Shown one piece after another: positions 53,313-63,478 of a DNA stretch of 64,000 nt. Below the pieces are notes generated by a model. The model had not been told where the DNA came from. It saw nothing but the letters and a program-made list of their open reading frames with translations, and did not search any database. Source of the DNA: an uncultured delta proteobacterium (lineage in GTDB: Bacteria; Myxococcota_A; Polyangia; Fen-1088); contig CAVTRY010000010.1 of NCBI GenBank assembly GCA_963737265.1, forward strand, positions 14,075 through 78,074, given 5' to 3'. Made by a program: the position numbers and the translations under genes. Within the stretch, counting starts at the first letter, position 1; every line of letters begins with the position of its first letter.

Positions 53313-53750
53313 CTACGGATTCTTCGAGCTCCCAGCGACCCCCGGTGTAGCGCAGGCCGGTCGTTTCGTTGCCGTTGTAGACGGTGGCGCGGTCGCCTGA
53401 CACAACGATGCGGCTATTAGGCTTGAGGGACCCGGAAACTTGCCCTTCTCCTGCGCGGCCCGCTCACCGACAATCTGCGCACAGCTCTTCCCTTTGAAGC
53501 TGGCGTCCATGAGGGAGCGCGCGGAGTCGGTAAGCAGGCCGCAGAAGGCTGCGTAACGCCCAGCCCGAAGGTCGGCTTCCGCTCCGCGAATGGTCGCGCG
53601 CACGCCAGCAGCGGACTGCGAGTGTGTGTTGGTCGGCGGCGATCCGGATCCGCAACCGCCGAGCACAATCGCTATCCCGCATCCAGTGAGGACCTGCCGG
53701 CGCATGCGTCCCTGTCTGCCCTTCGGGTCGTCTCTCGCGAGCCGGATCAC
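53313..53750 (-). CDS. Putative lipoprotein
   Basis: MRRQVLTGCGIAIVLGGC lipobox; YAAFCGLLT..SCAQ. Confidence 0.55.
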   Translation of the reverse strand: MIRLARDDPKGRQGRMRRQVLTGCGIAIVLGGCGSGSPPTNTHSQSAAGVRATIRGAEADLRAGRYAAFCGLLTDSARSLMDASFKGKSCAQIVGERAAQEKGKFPGPSSLIAASLCQATAPPSTTATKRPACATPGVAGSSKNP

Positions 53751-53966
53751 GGTATCCAGCCGCAGTTTCGGCTGCCGTGCTCCGTCGGTTGATGCTTCCG
53801 GGGGAGGGCTTCGTGTGATCGAGAGCAGCAGTCACCGAGGCGGCGCTTGATTCTCTGCCAAGCGTTCCAAAGAGGAGGCGTGTCCGGCCAGTGACGCCAT
53901 CCCTGAGGTTCCCGTTTCCGGCCGCAAGCGGGCGTGTATCGGCACGCTGGCACCCTCATGCAGACG

Positions 53967-54329
53967 CTAGCCCCCGAAGAGAAACGTCGCCATGTCGCCG
54001 CCGGGAAGGCATGCGAATAGGCCGACGCCCTCCGCGACCACCCGCCATGCCTCAAAGTCCTCTTGGGCGGCACATCGAAGGCGAGTGCCATCTGACAGCA
54101 ACAGCTCCAGCGCGTCTGTCTTGACCGCTGCGTCGCTGATCGAGATGCCCACCAGCGCGAGATCCAGGGGAGACGGGTCGCGCCGGTCACCTTGTCTAAC
54201 TCGGTGCTCGGGGCGCCACAGATCGACGTAGAGTCGCGGCTCCGGCCGATCCCCGCGATCGAGCACGAGCCGAACGCCCGCCTCATCGTTCTGCACGCCG
54301 CCAATCACGTTGTCCACCAGGAAATCCAA
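53967..54329 (-). CDS. DUF6188-like protein (immunity-type candidate)
   Basis: LALVGISISDA..LELLLSDGTRL..FEAW..G..ACLPGG pattern recognised by eye. Confidence 0.55.
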   Translation of the reverse strand: MDFLVDNVIGGVQNDEAGVRLVLDRGDRPEPRLYVDLWRPEHRVRQGDRRDPSPLDLALVGISISDAAVKTDALELLLSDGTRLRCAAQEDFEAWRVVAEGVGLFACLPGGDMATFLFGG

Positions 54330-54697
54330 CTCGCCTCGGCTGACGTCCTCCGAGTCGCGTGGGCAGGCCAGTCCCAGCGGGCGGGCGCGACGGCTTCTCT
54401 CGTTGGCATGGGCTTCTGGTCCTCGGTTCGATCCGCGCTCGAGGTCCGCAACCGCGTGTCCCCGGTGCGAGGGTTAACGTAATCGCCAGCCTCATCCGTG
54501 TAAAGCATGTACCCGTCCGGATACGCCGAGAAGCCGGGGCACATAAAGCGGATCGTGCACGCGTTGTTCATCGGGCGCTTGCCCGGTTCCGACAGGATAA
54601 GTCCGCGTCCCCGCGCCTCCGGCCATACTCTGGCTCTGACGCTCGGCCGGGTAGTCCGTAGCCTGCGATTTGCGTGTCGACGAGCTCTTGGAGCCAT
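54330..54697 (-). pseudogene. Orphan polymorphic-toxin-like C-terminal fragment
   Basis: GRGLILSEPG..TIRFM..YPDGYMLY..G.YVNPRTG resembles RHS C-terminal tips; no RHS body upstream. Confidence 0.4.
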
Positions 54698-54828
54698 TCA
54701 GGGGCCGTCATGGTTGGAGGTTCGGAATATCTCTTGCGTCGTGTCTCAAGCTCTTCCTGGCGGGACGGCCGCGTGTACTCCGCACCATCGGGATGCGCCC
54801 CTTACCGCAGTCCTATCCGAGGCCTTAG

Positions 54829-55362
54829 CTACCCCCGGATCCGTACTGCGTCCACCAACTGAACGAACCTAAGTTCGTCGTCCGCTGACGCAAACGCACG
54901 ACGTGGGATAAAGACAGCGCCACGCGTAGCCCTAAGCACGTAGGTGCTTCCCACTCGGTCGAGCCCACTCCAGTAGCTCCAGTCAGAGATGTAGCGCGCA
55001 GGTGGGTGAGCCGCCACCACGAGTGGTCTCAGGAGAATCCATACGTTTGCTCATCGCGTAGCTGTGTATAACGACCCCAGCTTCGGATCGGCGGCACGAT
55101 GACACACAAGCCGAGGTAAAACGCCACAAGCGCAACTCCGACGAACACGCCCTCGACCGCGAGGGCGGCCGCTGCGGCTAGCAGTCAGCACGACGAAACC
55201 GGCGTACCGCTTTGCGCACCACCTGTACCAGGTACTGCGGAGGAACTCCGCCCGGCTCAGGGTGAACCGCACGACGATCTCGTCGGCGGATGGATCCTGT
55301 CGTAGTCGAGACCGGCGGACACCCTCGCCATTATCGGCGGAGAGCCGGTGCATCTTGAACAA
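54829..55362 (-). CDS. YcxB-like membrane protein, frameshifted
   Basis: IVVRFTLSRAEF N-terminus; C-terminal AVFIPRRAFASADDELRFVQLV. Confidence 0.55.
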
Positions 55363-55375
55363 GCGCCCGGGACAG

Positions 55376-56031
55376 TCAGTTCAGCGTCGCAGACGTCGCC
55401 TCGTCGCCCTGCGTCCAGTAGAGCGTGCTGCCTGCCAGCGCCAGCGAGTTCGGAGCGATATCGGCGCCGACTGCCAGCTCGTGGCAACCGGTCTTGTCCA
55501 CCGCTTCCACACGGTATGGACCTTCTCTCGTATGCACGATCCACGCGAGCGCACCGTCCTGTTTGACCACGAGCCCGGTCGTCGGCCGACGCCCAATAGC
55601 TTCGAGCTTGTGGAATCACAGGCGCCCGTCCCGAGCAGGTGGACGTCGTAGCCGATCCTCAAGTCATCCGCGGTTACGGTCCAGAGCCGCTCGCGCGGAC
55701 GGCGCACGGTCACGAACTCTTCGTATGCCACGAAGTCCCCGGCCAGAGTGATGCGTCTTGTACCCCCAGCGCCATTTGCGCCCCTGCTCGGTGGTGAACC
55801 GACGAACGCTGCCCACCGTGCCCCGTGGACGCAGCCCACATACGCGGGAAACCTGCCTAACAACTTGGTCCTCCGGGTGAGGTAGACCTCTGCCCGTGCG
55901 TCGGCGGCTATCAGGCGACCTTGCTTTGGGCGACACGCCGGGGAGTGGTTGTTGAGCACACCGAAGGCGGCCGTCGCCGTCGTGGCGAGTGCCAGTACCG
56001 CCGCAGTCATCGCGATCGGGGTCGTGCGCAC
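55376..56031 (-). CDS. Secreted protein, paralog 1 (ends YWTQG..SATLN), frameshifted
   Basis: LIAADARAEVY, LAGDFVAYE, DGALAWIV and LYWTQGDEATSATLN. Confidence 0.65.
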
Positions 56032-56037
56032 AGCGGC

Positions 56038-56703
56038 TCAGTTCAGCGTCGCAGACATCGGTTTGCCGCCCTGCGTCCAGTAGATCGTGTGATCACTGAC
56101 CGCGAGGACGTGGCTGATATCGGGTCCCGAGGTGGCTACCACTCTGGTTCCGTGCCGGTCCACCACGTGGACCTGAAAGACGTTTGAGCCTGCGCCAAGT
56201 TCGACTATCCACGCTGCGTCTCCGCCGGGCGTGACGACGACAGCTTCGGGCGCAGCGATTCCGTCTCCGACAGCGACATCCGGACCCGACGCCACTCGGT
56301 GTAACACTCGGCCGTTCAGGAGATTGCGCACGACGATCAGACTCGGAACGCTAGGGCGGACCGGCCCAGCTTCGTAAGCCGCGAATCGTCCGGCAAGTGC
56401 CTCCTGAGCAACGCAGTAGGTGCCGCCGAGTCGTCGCGGCAGATCGCACGAGTTCCCGCCGCCGAGCAGATATGGAGAATGCCCGTACGAGCATCCCCAA
56501 ACCGTGACATACGGCTTCGACGTGAAGGATTCGTAGACCTCGGCCTGGGCGTCAGCGGCGATGATGTGGCTGTGCGCCGGTGGACACTTCGGCGTAGCCT
56601 CGTGCAGCGCAGGCGCCCCGCTCGCTGATGGAGCTGCGGAGCCGACCGCCACTGTGGCCACGAGCGCCAGCGTGGCCCCACCACATACCGCAGCGCATCG
56701 CAT
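56038..56703 (-). CDS. Secreted protein, paralog 2 (ends YWTQG..SATLN)
   Basis: IIAADAQAEVY, LAGRFAAYE, GDAAWIV and IYWTQGGKPMSATLN; start approximate. Confidence 0.7.
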   Translation of the reverse strand: MRCAAVCGGATLALVATVAVGSAAPSASGAPALHEATPKCPPAHSHIIAADAQAEVYESFTSKPYVTVWGCSYGHSPYLLGGGNSCDLPRRLGGTYCVAQEALAGRFAAYEAGPVRPSVPSLIVVRNLLNGRVLHRVASGPDVAVGDGIAAPEAVVVTPGGDAAWIVELGAGSNVFQVHVVDRHGTRVVATSGPDISHVLAVSDHTIYWTQGGKPMSATLN

Positions 56704-57376
56704 CACAGCTAAGACATCGGCGCGAGCTGACGTTGCGCGAGCGCTGCCAGTTGTCCTGGTTGGGCTTGACGACGCGGACCTCTTGACCCCACCGATCACG
56801 GACTGCGACCGCTAAGTCCGTCCATGACATCACCAGCTCAACGAGGGGAAGCTTGAGGGTCGCCAAGCCGCTCGACCGATGGGCTTCGCTGCTTTCTGGA
56901 TAGTAGTCGCAGTTGAGCGAGTAGTGGCTCACGCCCATGTGGCTACGTCGCTCCTCAATCCAAACGTCCTCGACGGACGACCAGCGAACGGACGTACTAG
57001 ACGCAGGGATCCTCATTCCCTCGCCGTCAAGTTCAAGCACCGGCGAGCGCTGAACGGCCATCCTCGTGTAGCCGACAACGGACAGGACGAACACGAGCGC
57101 GACGCCAACGCCGAGAATGGCATGCGACCGTCCGACGTTGACCGCCAGCGATAGACCGAGCCAAGCGGACACGACGGCCCAAATAGCTGCGCTCTTGCGC
57201 CGTCGTCGGACAAGGACCAGATCGTGCTTAGGCTCGATCGGTTCGGCAAGCTGCGCGGCTATGCGCTTAGCGCGTCCGCGGCTTTGGCGGAAAACGAACC
57301 ACAGGCCCCAAAGCAAGGCTCCGATGATCGCAAGCTCCAGGATCCCGCCGGGAAGCAGTTGCGTACCGAGCGTCAC
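56700..57376 (-). CDS. Membrane protein with a PH-like soluble domain; 3' end uncertain
   Basis: Three TM segments followed by SPVLELDGEGMRI..VRWSSVEDV. Confidence 0.55.
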
Positions 57377-57607
57377 GGGATCTCATCGGCATCCACCACC
57401 GCGCACTGAAGGCTCGGATTGCTCGATAACCGGGGGGCTGGTGCCCGCTTGACGCGTGACCGCGAAGGTAGGGCGACGATCCTGCGCCTGACGAAGAGGT
57501 CTGCCGCCCGACGCGACCGAAGGAAGGCGAGCCGATCGAGATCCCGATCCCAACCGGGGGGAGATCGAGGGGCTGATCAGCCGGGCGGCGAAGGGCCAGG
57601 ACGAGGA

Positions 57608-57868
57608 TTAGCGCTCGCGCCGTTCCGCGCGGCGTATTTGTAGCTCCAGCGTCGTCCGTCCCATCGCCCAGGCGAGCAACGCCACACCGACCGCCACAAA
57701 GGCTCCTGTGCCGCCGGTGATGATGATCAGCGCGCCGCAAAGAAGCAGGAGCGGCAACGACCTTGTGTAGAACCTGCGGGACCACCGCAGCACCTCAGAG
57801 CGCGTAGCGCCCTTCGCGGGCGGTTCACCGTAGAGCCTGTAGAAGAGGGCGGCGCGACGATTCATCAC
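57608..57868 (-). CDS. Small two-TM membrane protein
   Basis: Hydrophobic hairpin LPLLLLCGALIII..FVAVGVALLAWA; GTGA overlap with the upstream ORF 57865..58068. Confidence 0.5.
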   Translation of the reverse strand: MMNRRAALFYRLYGEPPAKGATRSEVLRWSRRFYTRSLPLLLLCGALIIITGGTGAFVAVGVALLAWAMGRTTLELQIRRAERRER

Positions 57869-58066
57869 GCAGCGCGCCGCCGTGCGGCACCGTCACGCTC
57901 GTTGCTGAACCTGAGGATCTTCAGCACTGTGCGTCCCACGGTATCGCGGCTTCTGCTTTTCGGAGCGACCGGCGGCGCGGTGTTGGCGATCAGCTGGGAG
58001 CCGCGCTCCGTCAGCGGTAACCCGACGTACCCTCCCCGAAACCGGCCGCTGCGCTGCTTGTCTGTC

Positions 58067-58357
58067 ATGAGTCAGCGAAACCTGGCCGAGCCGCTAGGCG
58101 GCTCCAGAGGCGGCTCGCCGGTGCCGCGCCGCGCGACCCCGAGGGCTGCTCGCTCTCTGCGGCCGATCGAGCAGGTGCCGCGCCTGCTACTGACCCGCAA
58201 GGAGGCCGCCGGTGCATTGGGCGTCAGCATGGATTCCTTCGAACGCCACTTCATGCCGCACCTCCGCTGCGTGCGCAAGGGCAGCCTGCGGCTCTACCCG
58301 GTGCGGGAGCTCGAGCGGTTCCTGGAGGACAACGCCAGTCGGCCGCCAGCCGCCTAG
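58067..58357 (+). CDS. Excisionase-like HTH protein
   Basis: LLLTRKEAAGALGVSMDSFERH..CVRKGSLRLYPVRELERFL, immediately upstream of the integrase. Confidence 0.8.
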   Translation: MSQRNLAEPLGGSRGGSPVPRRATPRAARSLRPIEQVPRLLLTRKEAAGALGVSMDSFERHFMPHLRCVRKGSLRLYPVRELERFLEDNASRPPAA

Positions 58358-58445
58358 CGCCACGTCCCACCTATGTCGTAGCGTCGAGGCTCGACGAAGG
58401 GAGCAGTCCATGGAAGACAACGCCGCGTGGCAAGGAGGACCATCC

Positions 58446-59642
58446 ATGAAGAGCGCAGCTCAACGACGGCGCGACGAGGGAATCGAGGTCCGACATGCGC
58501 GAAGCTGCCCGAGCTTGGTCGGCGGTCGCTGCAACTGCGAGCCCTCGTACCGCGCCATCGTGTGGTCCGCGCGAGATCGCAAGCTGGTGCGAAGCCGATG
58601 GTTTCGTGGGGATCGCGCAGCTGCCAAGGCATGGCGGGACGATGCTCGCTCGGCGGCTCGCAAAGGAGCGCTTCGCCCCACAACCCGGGTGACGCTGAAG
58701 AAGGCTGGCGAGCAGCTGATCGCCGGCATGAAGGATGGCTCGATCCGCAATCGCTCCGGCGACCGCTACAAGCCGAAGACGATCAGGGGCTACGAGCAGG
58801 CGCTCCGGCTCCGGGTCTACCCGGAGCTCGGTGACCTTCTGATCCAAGACGTGCGGCGCTCCGATTTCCAGAGTCTCGTGGAGCAGATGACCGCTGACGA
58901 TCAAGAGCCATGCGATCCGTCCACGATTCGCAACACGCTGCTGCCCGTACGCGTGATCTACAGGCGGGCGCTCTCCCGCGACGAAGTGGGCGTGAACCCC
59001 ACCGCCGGTCTTGAACTACCGGCGGTTCGAGGACGACGCGAGCGCATCGCGGCGCCGGAGGAGGCCGCCGAGCTCTTGGCTGCACTCGAGCAGGGCGATC
59101 GGCCGATCTGGGCCACGGCGTTCTATGCAGGATTGCGCGCTGGAGAGCTGCAGGCGCTGCGGTGGGAGGACGTGAACCTGGCCGGGGGCCGAATACGCGT
59201 CGAGCGGACGTGGGACTCGCACGAGGGCGCTGTGGAGCCGAAGAGCCGCAGCGGCAGGCGCACCGTGCCGATTCCCGCGGTACTGCATGATCATCTGGCC
59301 GAGCACCGTGCGATCAGGCCGTGGAGCGCCGGACTCGTGTTCGGTCGCCTGCCCGATAAGCCGTTCAGCTTCGCGGTGACGAAGCGTGCCCGTCGTGCGT
59401 GGGAAGAGCGGAAGCTACGGCCTCTCACGCTCCACGATTGCCGCCATACCTACGCATCAATGATGATCGCTGCCGGCGTGAACGCCAAGGCGCTCAGCAC
59501 CTTCATGGGCCATGCGTCGATTCAAATCACGTACGACCTCTACGGGCACCTGATGCCGGGGAGCGAGAGCGAAGCCGCCAGTCTGCTCGACGCATTTCTG
59601 CGGCGCGCAGACACGGCCGGACGAATCGCTGCGCTCGGCTGA
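58446..59642 (+). CDS. int: Tyrosine recombinase/integrase
   Basis: RBS AGGAGG; GLRAGEL..LRWEDV, PKS, HDCRHTYAS and MGHASIQITYDLYGH give the full R-K-H-R-H-Y set. Confidence 0.95.
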   Translation: MKSAAQRRRDEGIEVRHARSCPSLVGGRCNCEPSYRAIVWSARDRKLVRSRWFRGDRAAAKAWRDDARSAARKGALRPTTRVTLKKAGEQLIAGMKDGSIRNRSGDRYKPKTIRGYEQALRLRVYPELGDLLIQDVRRSDFQSLVEQMTADDQEPCDPSTIRNTLLPVRVIYRRALSRDEVGVNPTAGLELPAVRGRRERIAAPEEAAELLAALEQGDRPIWATAFYAGLRAGELQALRWEDVNLAGGRIRVERTWDSHEGAVEPKSRSGRRTVPIPAVLHDHLAEHRAIRPWSAGLVFGRLPDKPFSFAVTKRARRAWEERKLRPLTLHDCRHTYASMMIAAGVNAKALSTFMGHASIQITYDLYGHLMPGSESEAASLLDAFLRRADTAGRIAALG

Positions 59643-59952
59643 GCCGGGCGCGGCCCTGCGCGCGATGGGGAGCGTTCGCGCTGGTGCGGAGCGCAGAAAG
59701 CGGCGCCTACGACTCGTTCGTTGATCCATCGCGGCTCGACCGCGGAAGAAGCGCGTCGCGGGTTGCGGTCGCGCATGGACCGGCGGCCGCGGTGGCCAGG
59801 GCCTCGACGACCGTCGCAGCTTTCGTATTCCGCGTGCCGGGCGCGGTTCGGCATCTCCGTTGACCGGCGGGCTCAGGTCGATCTCGCATTGGCCGCGCTT
59901 TGACCGGCGGATCGGGCCCGAGTACCGCACTCTCGCGGCAGCCCGGGTGGTA

Positions 59953-59973
59953 GCTGCGGGAAGCTCGCGGGAA
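59953..59973. repeat. Tandem GCGGGAA repeats (candidate integrase arm-type sites)
   Basis: GCTGCGGGAA GCTCGCGGGAA with 11-bp spacing, between the integrase and the tRNA 3' end. Confidence 0.4.
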
Positions 59974-60090
59974 AAACTAACCCCCATTTGAGCGGTCCGC
60001 AGCGGCTCACGGCGGCATCCACCGCGACCGCAGAGCCACCAGTAGGGCACTGCAAAACCGCAGCAAGCAAGCGATATTTGAGTCTGGAAG

Positions 60091-60180
60091 CGGAGGGGCC
60101 GGGATTCGAACCCGGGAGACGGGGGTTACCCGCCTAACGGTTTTCAAGACCGTCGCATTCAACCGCTCTGCCACCCCTCC
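60091..60180 (-). tRNA. tRNA-Ser (TGA)
   Basis: GGAGGGG/CCCCTCC acceptor stem, anticodon arm ACGGT-CTTGAAA-ACCGT, long variable arm and GTTCGAATCC. Confidence 0.97.
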
Positions 60181-60314
60181 AGGGGGCTTCAAGGATGCTA
60201 GAAAAATGGCCGATTGCCCGGACGCAGCTAAGCGGATGGCGCTTCCGCGCCGATCAGGTACTCATGTTCCTGTCGGCCCGCGAGCGGCGCGCTCGGAATC
60301 GCGCTCGCGCGCGC

Positions 60315-61706
60315 ATGTTCGCGCGCTTCCCGGGGTGCGCCGCTGGATGCGTGGTGGCGCTCACGATGGCGTGCGCGCTCACGCCGGCGAGCGCGGTGGC
60401 AGCCGAGCCCGGCGTCGTCCTGAACGGCCCCGAGGGTCTCGCGCCCCAGGCGACCGGTTATGTGCGAACGCTCGACGTCCCGTGGGTCCGGACGTTCGTC
60501 TCCTGGGCGAGCTACGAACCGACCCGGGGCCAGCTCTCCCCGGCGGCGGTCGCGGGACTCGAACAGGGCCTCGCGGGGTTCCGGCCCGGAACCCAGGTGA
60601 TCCTAGACGTCCTCGACTCCCCGCAGTGGGCGTCGGGCTCGAGCAATCCCGCGGCGCCACCTCGCAACGTGGGCGACTATGCCGCGTTTGTGAGCAAGCT
60701 CGCCAAGCGGCTCGGCAGCCGCGTCTCGGCGTGGGAGATCTGGAACGAGGAGGACGAGCCAAGCTTCTGGTCCACCGGTCCCAACCCGGGCCAGTACGCG
60801 ACGCTGCTGCGCGCCGCATACAAGGCGATCAAGCGCGCCAACAAGAAGGCAACTGTCCTCGTGGGTGGCCTCACCGGCAACAACTACGAATTCCTCGAAC
60901 AGCTCTACAAGCACGGCGCCAAGGGCTCCTTCGATGCGGTCGCGGTACACACCGACGACGCGTGCAACGTTGAATCGCCCTACGAATACGAATACACGGG
61001 GCGCTTCACCGGACGCATCAGCCGCTGGTCGTTCCTCGGCTACCGCACCGTCCACGCGGTGATGCTCGCAAACCACGATCCGAAGCCGATCTGGATGACC
61101 GAGTTGGGATGGAGCACCTACCCGGGCACATGCGACAGCGGCGAGTGGGCGGGCAAGAAGCCCGGTGGAGTTAGTCCCGAACTCCAGACGCTCTACCTGC
61201 GGCAGGCCTACCACTGTCTGGCGCAGAACAGCTATGTGCCGGTGGCGCTCTGGTACGGGCTCCAGGACCTGGGGCCAGGCAACGGCTCGTTCGGCGACTT
61301 CGGGCTTGTCGACGAAGCGCTCGGAGTGAAGCCGGCGTTCGCCGCGCTGAGCGCATACGAGCGCGAAGGCGACACCCTTCACGAACCGTGCGGCGATTTC
61401 AACGGGCCATCGATATCGGTGGCGCGTCCGCTCCGTGGTGCCCACCTGCACGGCGCCACGAGCGTGGTGCTGAGCGCAAGCGACCGGTTCGGCGTCGAGC
61501 GCGTAACGCTCGAAACCGACCGTCACCATCACGTCCGCACGTTCACCACGCGCCCCGCGAAGGGCACGTTCAGCGTGCGATGGTGGTGGTGGGACGCCGG
61601 GAGACTCTCGCCCGGACGCCACGTTCTGAAAGTGCTCGCGGTCGATGAGCGCGGCAACCTCTCGGTGCGAAAGGTCGTGATCTGGCGCACCGGCCGTCGG
61701 CGGTAG
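60315..61706 (+). CDS. Secreted clan GH-A glycoside hydrolase (GH5/GH39-like) with a C-terminal Ig-like domain
   Basis: WEIWNEED acid/base, FDAVAVH and IWMTELGW nucleophile; PGRHVLKVLAVDERGN. Confidence 0.85.
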   Translation: MFARFPGCAAGCVVALTMACALTPASAVAAEPGVVLNGPEGLAPQATGYVRTLDVPWVRTFVSWASYEPTRGQLSPAAVAGLEQGLAGFRPGTQVILDVLDSPQWASGSSNPAAPPRNVGDYAAFVSKLAKRLGSRVSAWEIWNEEDEPSFWSTGPNPGQYATLLRAAYKAIKRANKKATVLVGGLTGNNYEFLEQLYKHGAKGSFDAVAVHTDDACNVESPYEYEYTGRFTGRISRWSFLGYRTVHAVMLANHDPKPIWMTELGWSTYPGTCDSGEWAGKKPGGVSPELQTLYLRQAYHCLAQNSYVPVALWYGLQDLGPGNGSFGDFGLVDEALGVKPAFAALSAYEREGDTLHEPCGDFNGPSISVARPLRGAHLHGATSVVLSASDRFGVERVTLETDRHHHVRTFTTRPAKGTFSVRWWWWDAGRLSPGRHVLKVLAVDERGNLSVRKVVIWRTGRRR

Positions 61707-61756
61707 CCACCTAGCACGCGCGCCGTCGGCAGCGTGCTACTCGCCCGTCATCGGTA

Positions 61757-63322
61757 GTGGTCGGCGAACCCGGTGTTCGCCGCGGGCAGGCGCCCCGGGA
61801 GCCCGATCGCTCCATGCCTGGCATGATCGCCGGCACGCAGATGTCCTCGGCGATCGAAAGTCGTTCCGCACAGGCTGGGTGGTTGCGCGGGCGCGCGATC
61901 GCTGCACACGAGCGCGAGCTCGACGGCCGGCTGGCGTGGCTGGTGGTGGGCGGGGCCACGATCCTGGCCGCGGCGCTGCGGCTTCCCTTCCTCGAACACC
62001 AGAGCCTCTGGCTGGACGAGGTCTTCACCCGCGGGATCATGCGCGAATCCACGGTCTCCGGGCTCTGGAACCACATCGCGCGAACCGAGTCGACGCCGCC
62101 GCTCTACTACCTGATCGGCTGGCTCGCACGCGCAAGCTCGGCGGCCGGGATGCGCCTGATCTCGGCGGTCGCGTTGATCGCCGTCGTCCCCGTGGGTTAC
62201 CTCGCCGTGCGGCGCCTCGTGGGCGCGCGCGCCGCCCTCGCGAGCGCGGCGGTCCTCGCGGTGAGCCCGATGCTCGTCTTCTACTCGCTCGATGCGCGCA
62301 GCTACGGCCTCTTCGTGTTGAGCGCGCTCTTCTCCGTGTGGGCGTTCGGAGCCCTGCTCGAGCGAGCCTCGCCAGGCCGATACGCGCTCTGGGTTCTCGC
62401 CGCGGTCGCGTGCGCGTGGACGCACTACTTCGCCGTCTTCCTAATCGGCGGCGAGGCGATCGTGCTCTTCTTCTCGCTGCCGGGCGAGCGGGCGCGGGTG
62501 GCCGCGTCTACGGTTGCCGTGACGCTGTGTGCGCTACCGCTCGCGTGGCTTATCTCCGAACAGACCGGAGACGAACGCGCCGCGTTCATCGAAGCGAGCC
62601 CGCTGTCGTCGCGGATCGCGACGACGGTGCGCCAGCTCGCGATGGGACCGAACGTGCCTCGGACATGGCTCGAGGCGTCGGGCCTGGTGGTGTGGTGTCT
62701 CGCCGTGGGACTAGGGGCGGTCGTCGCGCTTCGCGGAGAGCACGGAGCCCGAGCGCTGCTCCTGGTTGTGTCGATCGCAATCGGCACGCCACTGCTGATG
62801 GCACTCACAGGCGTCGAGGACCGCTTCTACGTGCGCAACCTGATCGCCGTGCTTCCGCTTCTCGCCGCGCTCGCCGCGCCGATGCTCCTGCGCCTCTCCG
62901 CGGTGCCACTCGCGATCTATCTGGCGCTTGCGCTCCTGACCTCGCTGTGGGTCGCCACCGACTGGCGCTACGAGCAGGTCGATTGGCGCGATGCGATCGC
63001 CCGAGTCGAGAGAATCGAACCGCGCGCTCCGGTACTCGCCGTGACCCCCTCGGCGGAGCCCGTGGTGGCGATGTACCTGCATCGCTCACCACTCACGCGC
63101 GGGGAGCTCGTCACCCGGAGGGCCTGGCTCGTGGTCGAACCGACCCGCGACGCGGGCGAGCGCTCGCTCGAGCCGGCGCCAGTTCCGCTGCTGGCCGGAT
63201 TCAGCACCGTCCGAGAGCTCCAGATCGATGCATTCCGTCTGATCCTCGTCGGCGCAGGGCGTCCCGCGGCGATCGCTCCCAGCTCGGTGGGGGATTCCAG
63301 CCTGTTCCCGGGGAGCACGTAG
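61757..63322 (+). CDS. GT39/PMT-like polytopic glycosyltransferase; start probably further downstream
   Basis: QSLWLDE, ESTPPLYY, YSLDARSY and WTHYFA with multiple TM segments. Confidence 0.85.
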   Translation: MVGEPGVRRGQAPREPDRSMPGMIAGTQMSSAIESRSAQAGWLRGRAIAAHERELDGRLAWLVVGGATILAAALRLPFLEHQSLWLDEVFTRGIMRESTVSGLWNHIARTESTPPLYYLIGWLARASSAAGMRLISAVALIAVVPVGYLAVRRLVGARAALASAAVLAVSPMLVFYSLDARSYGLFVLSALFSVWAFGALLERASPGRYALWVLAAVACAWTHYFAVFLIGGEAIVLFFSLPGERARVAASTVAVTLCALPLAWLISEQTGDERAAFIEASPLSSRIATTVRQLAMGPNVPRTWLEASGLVVWCLAVGLGAVVALRGEHGARALLLVVSIAIGTPLLMALTGVEDRFYVRNLIAVLPLLAALAAPMLLRLSAVPLAIYLALALLTSLWVATDWRYEQVDWRDAIARVERIEPRAPVLAVTPSAEPVVAMYLHRSPLTRGELVTRRAWLVVEPTRDAGERSLEPAPVPLLAGFSTVRELQIDAFRLILVGAGRPAAIAPSSVGDSSLFPGST

Positions 63323-63372
63323 GGGAAGGACCTCGCCGGCCCCGGGCCTTCGCTCTACACTGGCCTGACTCG

Positions 63373-63462
63373 GGAGAGGTGGCCGAGTGGCTGAAGGCAC
63401 TCGCCTGCTAAGCGAGTATGGGGGGATAACCTCCATCGAGGGTTCGAATCCCTCCCTCTCCG
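63373..63462 (+). tRNA. tRNA-Ser (GCT)
   Basis: GGAGAGG/CCTCTCC acceptor stem, CTCGC-CTGCTAA-GCGAG anticodon arm, long variable arm and GTTCGAATCC. Confidence 0.97.
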
Positions 63463-63478
63463 TTCCCCCGTTGCCGGC

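Larger units (their letters stand above)
43625..60091. mobile_element. Integrative mobilizable element at tRNA-Ser(TGA); minimum extent given, left boundary not found
   Basis: Integrase and excisionase next to the tRNA 3' end; MobF relaxase, oriT candidate, primase, ssb and small cargo genes; no T4SS or coupling protein seen. Confidence 0.82.

Noticed and set aside
53100-58068. Integron cassette array
   Set aside because: No recurring attC-like sites were found, and the integrase is a phage/ICE type paired with an excisionase next to a tRNA.
58066-58069. Divergent ORFs sharing a CATG start
   Set aside because: CATG is a common palindrome, neither start has a clear RBS and the minus ORF is unverified; likely coincidence.
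17500-60091. Whole high-GC block as an island inserted into the left-hand genome
   Set aside because: Sequence beyond the tRNA att end remains high-GC and actinobacterial in style, atpB is absent, and there is no att copy at the junction.
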